Shown: positions 13,308-25,309, numbered from the whole stretch's first letter. The stretch is DNA of 61,744 nucleotides, filler included, from Ionaspis alba (GCA_964255285.1; 4 parts of 4 records of this genome joined end to end with filler, not necessarily neighbours in it); one strand, 5' to 3'. Notes: generated by a model not told the origin, from the letters alone. Numbers and translations: made by a program.

Positions 13308-15258
13308 ATGCCTTTACAATCGAAAGAGGAAGATACAGAGATCGATGGAGAAGTTGTAAGGGAAGTGGTAGCTGAGGCAGAAGCAGCGGTTTCTGGGAAG
13401 GAAACCGCTGGCGAAGAATCCGCCGATGATGGACCCGAGGATGCGAACAAGGCTACAACTGATGCCGTAGCTACGAGCTCGAAAACCAAGAAAAAGAAGT
13501 CGAAAAAGGCGAAATTGAAGAAGGCTCTTGGTGTTGGCGGCTCAAGTGCCGAAGCTGGAAGCTCAAGCAGCTCCTCAAATCCTGCTAGCAAACTCACTCC
13601 AAGCATGGTGGAGCAACTCCTGGAGATGAACCCCTCATTGAAAGGAGAGGTTGCTGGTATGGACAAAGAGAAAGCAGCGGATGCTCTCAAAAAGCTTGAC
13701 GTGGCTGATCTGCTCACTGGCATGGTCTGCAGACCGCAGTATGGTCGCAACGGCATCCCGCTGACCTCTTTCTAGTCTGTGAGTGGCAAGAACCAGAAAG
13801 ATATGGCTTCCTATAAGTTTTGGCAAACTCAGCCTGTCCCCCGCTTTGGTCAGTCCCCGGCAATATGTCCTATCTCATTGGCTGAATCTAGATAGATGAG
13901 ACTCAAAAGACCGAAGAGGGACCAATCAAGATTATTGACCCTTCAAAAGTTCGACAAGAGCCTAAGCCCATGCACGAAGGATTTGAGTGGGTCACCATGG
14001 ACTTGACGGACGAGAAGCAGGTGAGCATGTACTACATCACCCGATAAGCTGAATCTGCTGATCCGAGACTAGATTGACGAGGTGCATCAACTGCTAAGTG
14101 GACATTACGTCGAAGATCCAGATGCTTCCTTTAGATTGACATATTCAGCCTCTTTCCTGAACTGGTATGAGACCACTTTCTTACGTCCGGTGCTCATACA
14201 TCACTAAACCACGAAGGGCTCTCAAATCTCCTGGCTGGCGAAAAGAATGGCATATTGGAGTCCGGGCCAGCAAATCCCAGAAGCTTGTCGCCTTTATTTC
14301 CGGTGTCCCGGTGGCTCTACGAGTGAGGACGAATACACTCAACTGCATAGAGATCAACTTCCTCTGCATTCATAAGAAGCTCCGATCGAAGCGGTTAGCA
14401 CCTGAATTGATCGCGGAAGTCACTCGGAAGTGCTACTTGCTAGAAATCTACCAGGCCATTTACACAGGCGGAATAGTACTACCGAAACCAGTCAGCTCAT
14501 GTCGATACATGCATCGTCCTCTCGATTGGATGAAGCTTTACGAGACAGGATTTTCCGGTCTTCCAGCGAAATCTAGCCCAGCCAGACAGGTTGCGAAACA
14601 CCGTCTTCCTGATACCACATTGACTGAAGGTCTTCGACCAATGCGAAAAGAAGATGTCTCTGCCGTACAGAAACTGCTCATGCTATACCTCAAGCGGTTT
14701 GATATGGCACCAGAGTACTCTGAAGAGGAAATCGAGCACTGGCTTCTTCACAACGAGAAAATGGCTCCAGAACAAGTCATATGGACCTACGTCGTGGAGG
14801 ATCCCAACACCAAGAAAATCACCGACTTCTTCTCTTTCTATGTACTGGAATCTGCGGTCATAGGCAATCGAAAACACGGGAACATACGAGCTGCCTACTT
14901 GTTTTACTACGCAACGGAAGCAGCCTTCGAGAAGGAGGAGAAAGGGCTAAAAACACGATTGAACTCCTTGATGACCGATGCTTTGATATTGGCAAAAAGC
15001 GTATACATCCCGCCTCCGTAGTCGCTTTCTGAAATCCCAGCTGACTCATGCTTCACACAGTTTGACTTCGATGTCTTCAACGCCCTCACCCTCCTCGACA
15101 ATCCCTTGTTTCTGGAAACACAAAAGTTTGGGATTGGAGACGGCCAGCTCCACTACTACCTCTACAACTACAACGCGCTGCCTATAGCTGGTGGCGTGGA
15201 TGCGAAAAACAATGTCGATGAATCACGTCGGGGTGGGATTGGTCTTGTGATGCTTTAA
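13308..15258 (+). CDS. NMT1: Glycylpeptide N-myristoyltransferase, 6 exons
   Basis: [49 protein letters not shown] and C-terminal GIGLVML*. One intron (14165-14216) uses an AAG acceptor. Confidence 0.97.
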
Positions 15259-15381
15259 TGTGGGGGTGATGTTGACGAAAAAGGTGAACTGCTCATGAGT
15301 TGACTTGCTCGCAAAGCGATACCCCTTCAGCCATGGATGTACTGACATGTAGTTACCGCTCTAATCATCAATTTCGATTCT

Positions 15382-15481
15382 NNNNNNNNNNNNNNNNNNN
15401 NNNNNNNNNNNNNNNNNNNNNNNNNTTAATTAATTAANNNNNNNNNNNNNNNNNNNNNNNNNNNNNNNNNNNNNNNNNNNN
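15382..15481. other. Artificial scaffold spacer N44-TTAATTAATTAA-N44
   Basis: A 12-mer with stops in all six frames is centred in a 100-nt gap; identical spacers occur at 30859-30958 and 46311-46410. Confidence 0.97.
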
Positions 15482-16623
15482 GGACCATTAGCCAACAAAA
15501 TCTCATAGGTCTTCTCCACGCACAGAATAACGGCAGTGACCTTCAATTTGTATTGCAGCCCGATCAGATAGCTCAGAAACGTGGGCGTCGTCTCATCGGG
15601 GATTTTCATGCTGCGGATGCTTCCCTCCAGATCCATGTGATCGTACATCAACTCGTGAAGGCCAGATCTGTTCACTAGGTCGATCTTGCCTTTGTTCTGG
15701 GAGGTGATGTTACTGTCACCAAACAGTCCCTTCGACGAGACTCGGATGTCATACAGCCAAGTCAGCCTTGCGTGGAAATTGATGAGATAAACGGGCGGAG
15801 TTTGTGGAGCTGTAGATCTGGTGAGGTCATGTTGAATGCCCATAGATACCGAGAGAGGACCCCCAGCGTATACCCGCGTGGAAACCGAAGTCGTTATAGA
15901 GAAAACAGCCGTAGGATCTGGGGTTTCGGGGCCACGGAAAAATCTACGAGTCTTCTCTCCGAAAGACTGCGGTTGGGCTGCAAGGATAGGGTCAAGCTTG
16001 CGAGTTGTGCGCGTGAACCGGGAAGTCCTGTTAGATGGTTCCAGCGGCGGATGGAGTAGCATGCGAGCAGGTGAGAAATAGACAGGAAGACGGCATTTGA
16101 CAGTAGTATGAATGAAGGCAGAGGGGTTGTGGCCCACGACCTCAATGTAATACATCACGCTCTGTGATCTTGTCCCGCTAGTGTGTTCCCAACTGGGCGG
16201 CAGTTGATGGCCAGGCTCATGGAGAAAATTTTTGTGAGGGGTAACGGGCTTCTTATGGGTGGCTGGACGAGCCTCCGTAGGAAATTCGAACTCGAAAGGC
16301 CAGGATTGTGCTTTTGTTAGCACAGAACCGTAATGTATTGTAGTGCTGAACTCGAAAAGAGAAGCTGAGCCACGGTGAGTGGTTCTATTGTCATTGCTAC
16401 CGGTCTCGATTGTGGTTGTGAGCTCTCCCTTGAAAAGGACGGTGATGCAATCGTAAGTGTTCAAGGGGACGAAGGTCACCTCGCCGCTCACACGATCACC
16501 GTTTGTATGCAACGATCCAGGAAAATCGGGGTAATTGAGTCGTATACTAAGGCCTTTGTACGGAGCATAGTTCCAACCTTGACCTTTCAAGGCACTTTGA
16601 TAAACTTGTTGAGAGGAATGCAT
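15482..16623 (-). CDS. Arrestin-N-like domain protein, 3' end truncated at the scaffold edge
   Basis: GDRVSGEVTF...ITVLFKGELTTTI...WPFEFEFP...LPPSW pattern typical of fungal arrestin-like proteins. Confidence 0.72.
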
Positions 16624-17210
16624 TTGAGCGGGTCTTGACTGCACACAGGTGTGGTATAGAATAAGAACTTCAACAGCAGAACATGTCAAGTTTTGATGAA
16701 GATAGCATATGAAAATTGCGGTTCGCGGAATGGAAAGGGTGACATGCTAGGGGCGACATGGCAGAGGTCAAGCAAGCACAGCCGCGCTGCTGGTTATTGA
16801 CAAGCCGATCCTACTCGGATCCTGGGTGGAACACAACCAGTAACACAACCAAGAAGTCACCATGTACCTACCACGTCGTTACTATCATGCGACAGCTCAG
16901 CTCTGGGGTATATTCACAATCTTAGTGTAAATGATAACAAACTATGGAATGAGAGCCTCGAGAAATTGACGTCTAAAGCTTTGTCACTTGCCCTTCGCGT
17001 CCGGTCAAAGCCTCCCGGCTCCGCCTTGGCACTTTTATTCCTGCGCCACCTCACCGCCGGGTTCTTTTCAGCTTCTGTGGTGGCTTGGGAAGTACCACGC
17101 GACGGATATTNNNNNNNNNNNNNNNNNNNNNNNNNNNNNNNNNNNNNNNNNNNNNNNNNNNNNNNNNNNNNNNNNNNNNNNNNNNNNNNNNNNNNNNNNN
17201 NNNNNNNNNN

Positions 17211-18311
17211 TTCTGCAACTCGCTCATACCAATAACCTTGAATGGAGCTTTGATAAGACCTTCCCTGAAGAACTGGATTGCCTCCGCGGTGTCCTTACGG
17301 TTGCCGACGTACGACCCCTTGATAGTGATACACCTGATGACCGTATCGAAAACGGGAGCTTTCAGGAAGGCTCCGGCTGGTAGACCGATGGCAACGACTG
17401 TTCCGTGGGGTCGGACATACTGCATGTATTTAGGCAAGTTTAATGGAACAGGGGCAGATAATTTACCTCCGTGGCCTGCTGGAACGGCTTCTCGTTGACG
17501 GCCACTAAGATGACAGCATGTGGGCCAAGTCCATCCTCGGTACAGGCTTGGACGTCCTTTACAATGTTGTCCGAAGTGCTAAAGTCCACGAACGATTTGG
17601 CACCGAGCTTGGAAGTCATCTCCTTCTTCTCATTCCCAGCGTCGATGGCGATAATCTTCAAGCCCATGGCCTTTGCGTACTGGCAAGCAAGACTGCCGAG
17701 TCCACCTCCAGCTCCAACAATGGCCACAGTCTGGCCAGGCCGAGCATTTGATTCTTTCAATCCTTTGTAGACAGTGATACCGGCACAAAGAACAGGGGCG
17801 ATGGCGTCAAGGGGAACGTCTTTGGGTATTCTGGCAACATGTGCTGCCTTAGCAATACAGTATTGCTGGAATGTGCCGTCGACTGTGTAACCTGATAGAA
17901 GGGCTTTGGCGCAAAGGGGCTCGTCCATCTGTTGGCAGAAATCACATGCTAGGCAGGATCCGTTAAGCCACTGGTGGAGGAGCAATGTTAGCGAAGTACA
18001 ATTTGTTCATTATAGCTAGCAACTCATACCTTTACACCAGCATGGTCGCCAATCTCGACGTCCGTGACCAATTCTCCTCGAGCTACAACGACACCAGCAC
18101 CCTCATGACCCCCAACCAGAGGCAGCTTAGTCGCTAAGGGCCAGTCACCATTGACGGCATGTAAATCAGTATGACAAACTCCGGAATATTTGATATTCAC
18201 GAGAACCTCGTCTGGACCTGGCTTCGCTACTGGTATTTCCTTATAATCGATTGGTCCTCCAGTCTTCTCAATGACTTGAGCCCATTGCTTCTCAGGGATG
18301 TTTTCAGGCAT
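17211..18311 (-). CDS. ADH1: Zn-dependent alcohol dehydrogenase (ADH1/AlcA type); last codons fall in the gap 17111-17210
   Basis: [18 protein letters not shown], structural Zn cysteines (CLACDFC..C), [12 protein letters not shown] and GAGGGLG. Second intron is 17466-17420 (47 nt, GTAAAT donor). Confidence 0.96.
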
Positions 18312-19909
18312 ATTGGAGAGTATAATATATGTAAGTCGTTATGTATAGCGCTATCAGGTTAATCGATTTCGAAGATGTGGTTCGTTAATGCTGAAGAATT
18401 TGGAACAAGACACTGCTTGGAGGACTGTCGCTATATGTGCACCTTGTCATTGCATAACCCCACACTGTCAAATCAACACATGGAGGGGTCAATCCGTCCG
18501 GGGAAGCTCGAAGATCGGCAATCTCAGAGCGGGCAACTAGAGGACGCTGCAATCGTCCCGTACTAGTAAAGTCGTTCTGCTCAAAGCTCTTCCACTTGAA
18601 CCTCTGGCCCCGGCCCTCGCCGTCCTGCGGCACCATCGGAGATATGGAGAAAGTTGAGTAAGACCAACCCATAACGCTGCGAGGTTTGGGATTGTAAATA
18701 GAAAAATAGCCGATTGAATTAATCGTTCGTGCGAGAGCCCTGAGATCTGAAGAGTACGGGTGGCGGAGGAGCTTGAAAGTCTAAGCACAGCGAATCGGCA
18801 CCAATGACAGCTGTCCGGTGCAGCGGATGGCTTGTATATCCATGCCACGAGCCACCCACAAATATGCACATTGCGTGTCTCCTGGTTTGTAGCCTTGGTG
18901 TGGCATTGAAAGCGCTGCCTAGTGGTATCTGCTTGTAGCGAATCCAGGAGATGTGTGGTGGTTGTGTCGTTTGAATCCGTTTCTATCAAATNNNNNNNNN
19001 NNNNNNNNNNNNNNNNNNNNNNNNNNNNNNNNNNNNNNNNNNNNNNNNNNNNNNNNNNNNNNNNNNNNNNNNNNNNNNNNNNNNNNNNNNNAGATGTGTG
19101 GTGGTTGTGTCGTTTGAATCCGTTTCTATCAAATCAATAATGGCAGAGCCCGATGGGCTGCCGACCAGATGCAGACACAGTCCGGGAGCAATAAAACCCT
19201 GAACATCCATAACAGGGTTATGGTCATCGGGGACGATGTGTGAGTCGCCGAGGGAATCAATGTCGCGGGGTATGTTGTGGGTGTGCTGCGGGGCAAGAGA
19301 CAATGATAGCCCTTTGGACCCTGCCACGGGCTGCAAAGCATCGTCATCGGTTGTTGAGCGATGAGGGTCGGCCTCATGGAGATTTCGGATGAATGCAGTG
19401 GAATATCAAGCGCAGCACTATTGTGTGACAGCGGGTGCTGCGGAGCTATTAAAAAACCACATGGAAGTCAATGTGCAGAGGTGAAGTCTCGAGATATTGC
19501 CAAGGCGGGCCTTCCGGCTAATAGATCTGGCGTAGCTCGCTATCTTCCGGCTTCCTCAACTCATCCATGTTGCCGTAGCCGGCATCGATCGAAGGCCTAC
19601 TACGTGCCTACTACATGCCTCCACCTACGTCTTACGCGTCCGGAAGTCGACGGGAGCTGTTTGGTCTAACGTTTGCCAGTCCCCATATGGATCAAGAAGC
19701 TATTCCCCTGATAGGTTGTTGAGAATGCTCGGAAAGTATGCTGTGCTATAACTCAACCAAAACTGACCGACCTCGACTCCCCTTTAGGTTGTCTCCCAGC
19801 CGACTTTATGTAAGCAGACTCAGGACCCCCCAGCAAAGTTGCCACAAAAGCAGGGCCACTGTCGATAAAACTAAGTATATGAATTTGTTGCGGAATGTTG
19901 TGCAACGGA

Positions 19910-19914
19910 TATAA
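19910..19914 (+). promoter_or_regulatory. Upstream TATA-like element (TATAA) of the tRNA-Ile gene
   Basis: GGATATAAGG lies 38 nt upstream of the mature tRNA 5' end, a plausible TBP/TFIIIB position. Confidence 0.45.
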
Positions 19915-19962
19915 GGTGCCAGTGTCGCCGGTATTGAGAACATTTCTGGTCCCTTAGCTCAG

Positions 19963-20012
19963 GTAAATTACAAACATCTCAATTGTTTGACATATCACTA
20001 ACCAACAACCAG
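19963..20012 (+). other. Spliceosomal-type intron (50 nt) in the tRNA D-loop between positions 15 and 16
   Basis: 5' GTAAAT, branch site CACTAAC at 19996-20002, 3' CAG at 20010-20012. Removing it exactly restores a normal D-loop. Confidence 0.85.
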
Positions 20013-20035
20013 TTGGTTAGAGCGCGGTGCTAATA

Positions 20036-20054
20036 TCCTCCATATGTATTGATG
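20036..20054 (+). other. Canonical tRNA intron (19 nt) at position 37/38
   Basis: TCCTCCATATGTATTGATG starts one base 3' of the anticodon; its TATTG can pair with the anticodon-loop TAATA. Confidence 0.85.
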
Positions 20055-20104
20055 ACGCCGAGGCCGCGAGTTCGACCCTCGTAGGGACCAGTATGACCGA
20101 TATC

Positions 20105-20138
20105 TTTTTATTGCTTGTTTCCCCCTCTGTTTTTTTTT
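20105..20138 (+). terminator. Pol III oligo-T terminators of the tRNA gene
   Basis: T5 at 20105-20109 and T9 at 20130-20138, immediately downstream of the tRNA. Confidence 0.75.
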
Positions 20139-23078
20139 GTGCGCATCAGATGTGGATGGTCAGCCTCGGCAACATTATGATGGTTGGCCTACAGATTTCC
20201 TTGGCAGCAACTGGCTCTTTGAGGCCACGGCTATCCAGTCCAACGGTCGTTCCATCAAGGATAGAGGTCCGCACATCTCTCGGTATATCCATGCCCATTG
20301 GGTATGTGTGACGTTACTGCCTGTTCGAGGGGTTGTCATCTAACAACAATATACCACATATTCGTACCTAGGCAGTGCACACGTCAAACCGTCCAATTCT
20401 CCTAGTCGACGGAATGGTTGTCCAATACACCCTTTCTCAAGAATCTGCCTCGCTCGACCACCCTTGCAGTCCGCCTAACCACGATAGAGCCCCCAGCCAG
20501 AAACACACGACCTTATCGCATCCTTCAGTAGCTAAGAGACAAGACATACGTGAACGTCGTCACCCCCGGCAAAGGAATATCAGTAGATCATTCCCACCAA
20601 GGACTCCTTCCTCGCCTTCGAGTCAGCGACGTGCCATACAATTCTTTCATTTTGTTTGGCCATTGTATACAGCGCTATCTCCTAGGAGTTCCCATAGCAT
20701 GAAGTACTCGACCCATTTATCTCCATATCTTAATTGCAAAGGGTTGTCACCAAAATTGAACTTGCTGAAATCCATCGCTGATCTGCCTCTTTCTGAGCAA
20801 CTCCCACGCTTATTCAAGGAGTATGCAAAAGTACCGAGTCTGCTAAGCGTACCGCGAGTTGAGACATTCAGACGGAGATGCTTTGTGCAAATGCGCTCGG
20901 TAACCTCTCTATCAATATATGAACTGGCAAGTGGTTGCATTGCTCTGGTTGTTAATTTATGTAATCTGCTTGATGCACACATTCACGTAACCGTTCACTT
21001 CAGTACACAGAAGGTTACTTGCTGGCATCCATTGGCATGTTGCCTTCCGTCGTACATGAACAACAACATCACCGCAAAGTTTCTGAAAACCTAGCACATC
21101 TCGTCACGGCAAGTGAAAGACCTCAACCTCGTCAGCGAGCGGTTTGGCTTTTTGCTGAATCGCATAGGTTGAGTCCAGACGGAGATTGCTCGTGTTGTAA
21201 AGATATGAAATGTTTTATGATATCCAAGTGATGGTTCTCATATCACCTTCCGACCCCGTGGCCCATTTGTTTGATGTATCGAAGATAAGCAGTCATAAAT
21301 AATGAAGCAGTTCCCACAATCTCATATGCCCCAAGTGCCAATGCGTCCAGGGTTGTGGAGATTGTTGCATTCATCATTCGCTTGAGGTCAGCAGAATGAT
21401 GCGTTTTGACCAGATAGACATGTTTGCTATCTAGGAATCGGCTCTTTCTTCGTACGAAATCCTTCAACCATTGGATGTCGAATCCCAAGTCCTTTGCTTG
21501 CGTCGTTATCCATGAAAATACTACACCAGATTTCTCCTGCAGCAAATCTGTCGTTCACGCACGGTTTAATAATGCTTGCGAGGCTCATTAATTACGAGCA
21601 TTTCGAACGTCAGGTATTGGCACTAGGTTTCACTTCTAAGGGAACCATTTTGGATCTTGAAATTATGCAGAATCACGAAATAGCTTGACAACACTGTCTC
21701 TACAACACCCTAACAAATCTTGACAACACTGCACAAACCCTAAGTAGAAGAACTGCGAGACAAGAGCATTGTCGATGACCACGCTATGCTGCTAGGATTA
21801 TGGGGGCAGCATAGGCCCACTGCTGAATGTACCTAAATAATCTGATGTATCAAAAATCTACAAGGACTACACACTTAGAGGTAAACTACAAACCTGAAAG
21901 AGTAGTACGCAATGATAGCCAGTCCTCGAGCTGCATCGCTGCGTGAGTGACATTCTGGTAATTTAGAGAGCATGATTCTCGGGCTCACGAGAGATGATGC
22001 GGAGCACTCCGTTTACATGTCGAAGCCAAAAGCGAAGCGCGACAGGCATAGACAGACAGATGCCTAACAGCTGAATGCGGGGAACGTCCTACTTCACCAA
22101 GCAAGGTAACATAGATGCAGATTTCTCTGTCCCTGTCTCTTTCGACGAATTTGTCAAGTCTCCTAGCCCGGGGGTGGAGCTTAGCGCTTGACGCCAGGCG
22201 GCTACCCAAAGTCCTGGCTTGGCAAGNNNNNNNNNNNNNNNNNNNNNNNNNNNNNNNNNNNNNNNNNNNNNNNNNNNNNNNNNNNNNNNNNNNNNNNNNN
22301 NNNNNNNNNNNNNNNNNNNNNNNNNNGGGTGGAGCTTAGCGCTTGACGCCAGGCGGCTACCCAAAGTCCTGGCTTGGCAAGCATTGGCATCCACTAGAGG
22401 CTGTCTTGTCAGTGATACTTCTTTTCAAACCCTCCATTGGTGGACGGCTCTGTTAAAACGGTCAACATTGTTTGGATAAGGAAGCTGAAAAGTCAAAGTT
22501 GCACAACTAATGCTTAAGTGCTTGCACTTTCCCGGATCCTTTGGATCGGTTATAACGGCTCCTGACCAGACGCCATGACGTACTGACAACCCTAGGAAGG
22601 CACGGTGCAAAAGTTCCTCGACGCAATAATGTATCCACTTCCCCATATTCATGATTTCCGAGGAGACGATAGCCTATACCGACTTTACCGACGCGTCCCA
22701 TCCTCGTGGGTTATGCGGGGAACAAGCTTTCCTGAAGCCATGGCTTTGGATTGATTGAGCTCGATTGGATGCGGCGTTGATGGCTGTGGAAAGCCATCAA
22801 CGGACATGCCTGTTCTGTGTTATTAATGTGGAGTTTCTACTATGTTTACCGTGATACCCGTGTACCGCTTTTGATCTAAGCTGGGATAATGTTTATGCTC
22901 TATGCAGTGACGTACCAGAATAGGCAGGACCTTTCCCTTCTCCTTGCCATTCATGGAGAAGTATTGTTCTTACCTCTCTGCATCTTTGCTTTCCTCCCTC
23001 GTCCGTTGCTGAAACACGCCTGCATACTCCCTTTCATATCAAGAAACGTATCCTACTGCTTGACGAAATCTCGGTACC

Positions 23079-24449
23079 ATGGCTTCCCAACATCTAGAGA
23101 GGTTGGATACGAACAATCGTAAGAGGAATAGCAGCGAGGACTATATGGAGTCGCACTAACACCTCTCTCAGTGGAGATTGGTGCCACAGAAGCTATCCAG
23201 AGACACTTCACGAGGCATGTCATCGAGCGTCAGCCAGTCAGCCAAAGGAAGCTAGATTTCGAGCATTCGAGGTTCGTCACTCTAAAGCAATTGCCATAGG
23301 AACACATACTAATCAGGTGATAGACCGAGGTGGTTGAGGGAATGTATGGCTGAAGCTACGGGCGTCTTCTTCTACGTGTAAGATTTCTGCTACAACCCTT
23401 CATACTTGGAGCAAGTATCCTGAAATTTCTTGTCAGGTTCCCTGGCATCGCCTCTGTTGCCAGCTTTACAATCGGTTTGGAGAGCCCACTCGGTGTCACA
23501 GCTTTCGGATCTCTCTTCCAGATTGGCTGGGCGTTCGCAATTGGCATTGCTTTCGCGATTATCACCTGTGCGCCTACCAGCGGTGGACACTTCAATCCTG
23601 CCATCACCATCTGCTTTGCAATCTGGCAGGGCTTTCCGTGGAAGAAGGTCCCACACTACATCATCTCCCAGATCTTTGGTGCTTTCATCGCAGGTCTTCT
23701 TCTGATGGGCATGTACTGGCCTGAAATATCGGCCTTGACAGCTGCTACACTTAAGAAGGGTGGCCCTCTCGTTGCGAATGGTGCTCCAGCTAGCATTCTC
23801 TGCTCTTTCCCAAATCCGAATCAGACCAATCTCGGTTACTTGTTCTTGACCGAATTCTTTGTCGACAGCTTCATAGTGAGTACTATTCGCATGGCAATCT
23901 GGCGGAGCTGACAGTTTTCAAGGGAATCGTTATCTGGGCCTGCCTCGACCCCGCAAATCCCTTTGTCTCACCAGTAAGCGCACCGTTCGTCATTGGTCTA
24001 GCCTATGCAAATATGGTCTGGGGATTTGCGGGTATCACCATCTCCACCAACCTGGCTCGTGATCTTGGTACACGATTTGTCGCAGCCATCTTCTATGGTC
24101 GTGAGGCTTTTACGTACATGAACTACTCCTGGATTGCTATCTTAGTGAACGTACCGGCCACGATCTTTGCAACAGGCTTCTACGAATTCTTGATGCGGGA
24201 CAGCTTGCAGAAGATCAGCAAGGGCCATGCTGTGCATGAGGAAGGTGAAGAAGGACTTAGGAGGCATATCACGAATGTAAGCTTCTCTCATGTCTTGCAT
24301 TCACCCTAAACTTTCTGAAGTATGTCGCTCAAAGACACTGTTCCTAATTCTGCCAATAGACTGGAATGATTGAGACAGGTACTGCCAACATGTTGCAGGG
24401 CAACGGCAGTGGCTCTGATACCCTCAACGGTGGCAAGCAATACGTGTAA
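23079..24449 (+). CDS. MIP-family aquaglyceroporin (NPA/NLA), 6 exons
   Basis: SGGHFNPAIT and ISTNLARDLG, where the Asp after the second motif is the glyceroporin hallmark. Exons join via GT..AG introns from ATG 23079 (MASQHLERLDTNN) to TAA 24447-24449. Confidence 0.92.
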
Positions 24450-25309
24450 GGATACGACAGCGCTCCTGAGCTCTGAACGATGTTCAGACTTGCTGTCTAT
24501 GTAATACTTGCTATTCGATGCTTGAACGAAGTGATAGGTTGCGAGTCTTCTCAATAGACACTATTACGCAATATATCTTGCGGCACGCTATACAGCAATC
24601 GGTGACCAGTCTCAGTTTCAAACCAAAGTATGAGATTTATCTTCAGGAAATATTTCCGCAGAATATGCTGTGGGCTTGTTGTAGCCCATCGATGATTGCG
24701 GCCACAAGCGGCAAAATTCTGCCATATTTGATAACCGGTTTGCGTTATCGCTCTAGGACACTTCTTAGCTTTTCCTTCTCTAATAACCTTGTCGCAATGC
24801 AACCAGTTTCGTGGCTGTTGTTATGCTTATCAGATTTTACGTTGGCATTATTCTGCTCGATCCTCCGACCGATATAACAACTTCGCTTAACCGAAACCCC
24901 AACTCTAACAGAAGTTACTACCCGAATCGAGCCTAGCGCCAATCATCCCAACTGGCGACCGCAGCAGGGAACAAACAAAAAGTTGTTCGTCACAAGTTTC
25001 GCAGTCGAACATTCACAACTCGCACGATTCCTTTTGTCCTTTCCTTTGTCTCCTTCTCTCTTTTGCACCGCTGGCGTTTTCTACATCGCAATTCTCCAAT
25101 TCGAGTCCTGTGCGCTGTGCGTTCTGTATTTATAATTCTTTGTCCTGCGTAGAGCGTCGACAGAGTGCCGGACACTCAACTTACTTAATCGAGCGATCTG
25201 GCATTTCTGGAGCAAAGATTCGAGCCTCGTGCGTTTGGCCATCACCCTACAAATCTGCAGTAAGGGCACTTGAGGCTCTTGAGGCTCTTGACCTGCTACC
25301 GCCACCAGA

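Larger units (their letters stand above)
19948..20090 (+). tRNA. tRNA-Ile(AAU) with two introns; exons 19948-19962, 20013-20035, 20055-20090 (74 nt mature)
   Basis: Joined exons read GGTCCCTTAGCTCAG|TTGGTTAGAGCGCGGTGCTAATA|ACGCCGAGGCCGCGAGTTCGACCCTCGTAGGGACCA. Acceptor stem GGTCCCT/AGGGACC (7/7); D-stem GCTC/GAGC; G18G19; anticodon stem CGGTG/CGCCG with U30-G40; anticodon AAT at 20032-20034; T-arm GCGAG-TTCGACC-CTCGT; discriminator A73. Confidence 0.93.

Noticed and set aside
18949..19135. ~42-bp direct repeat on both sides of an N-gap
   Set aside because: Identical sequence flanking a 100-N gap is the usual overlapping-contig-end artefact.
21684..21745. Short degenerate direct repeat (TTGACAACACTG twice) with two CCCTAA hexamers
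   Set aside because: Only two units and no tandem telomeric array; insufficient for a telomere or CRISPR-like call.
22172..22381. ~55-bp direct repeat flanking an N-gap
   Set aside because: Same scaffolding artefact; not evidence of an LTR or tandem repeat.
23993..24070. NLA instead of NPA in the second aquaporin motif
   Set aside because: A known variant in fungal aquaglyceroporins; not novel.
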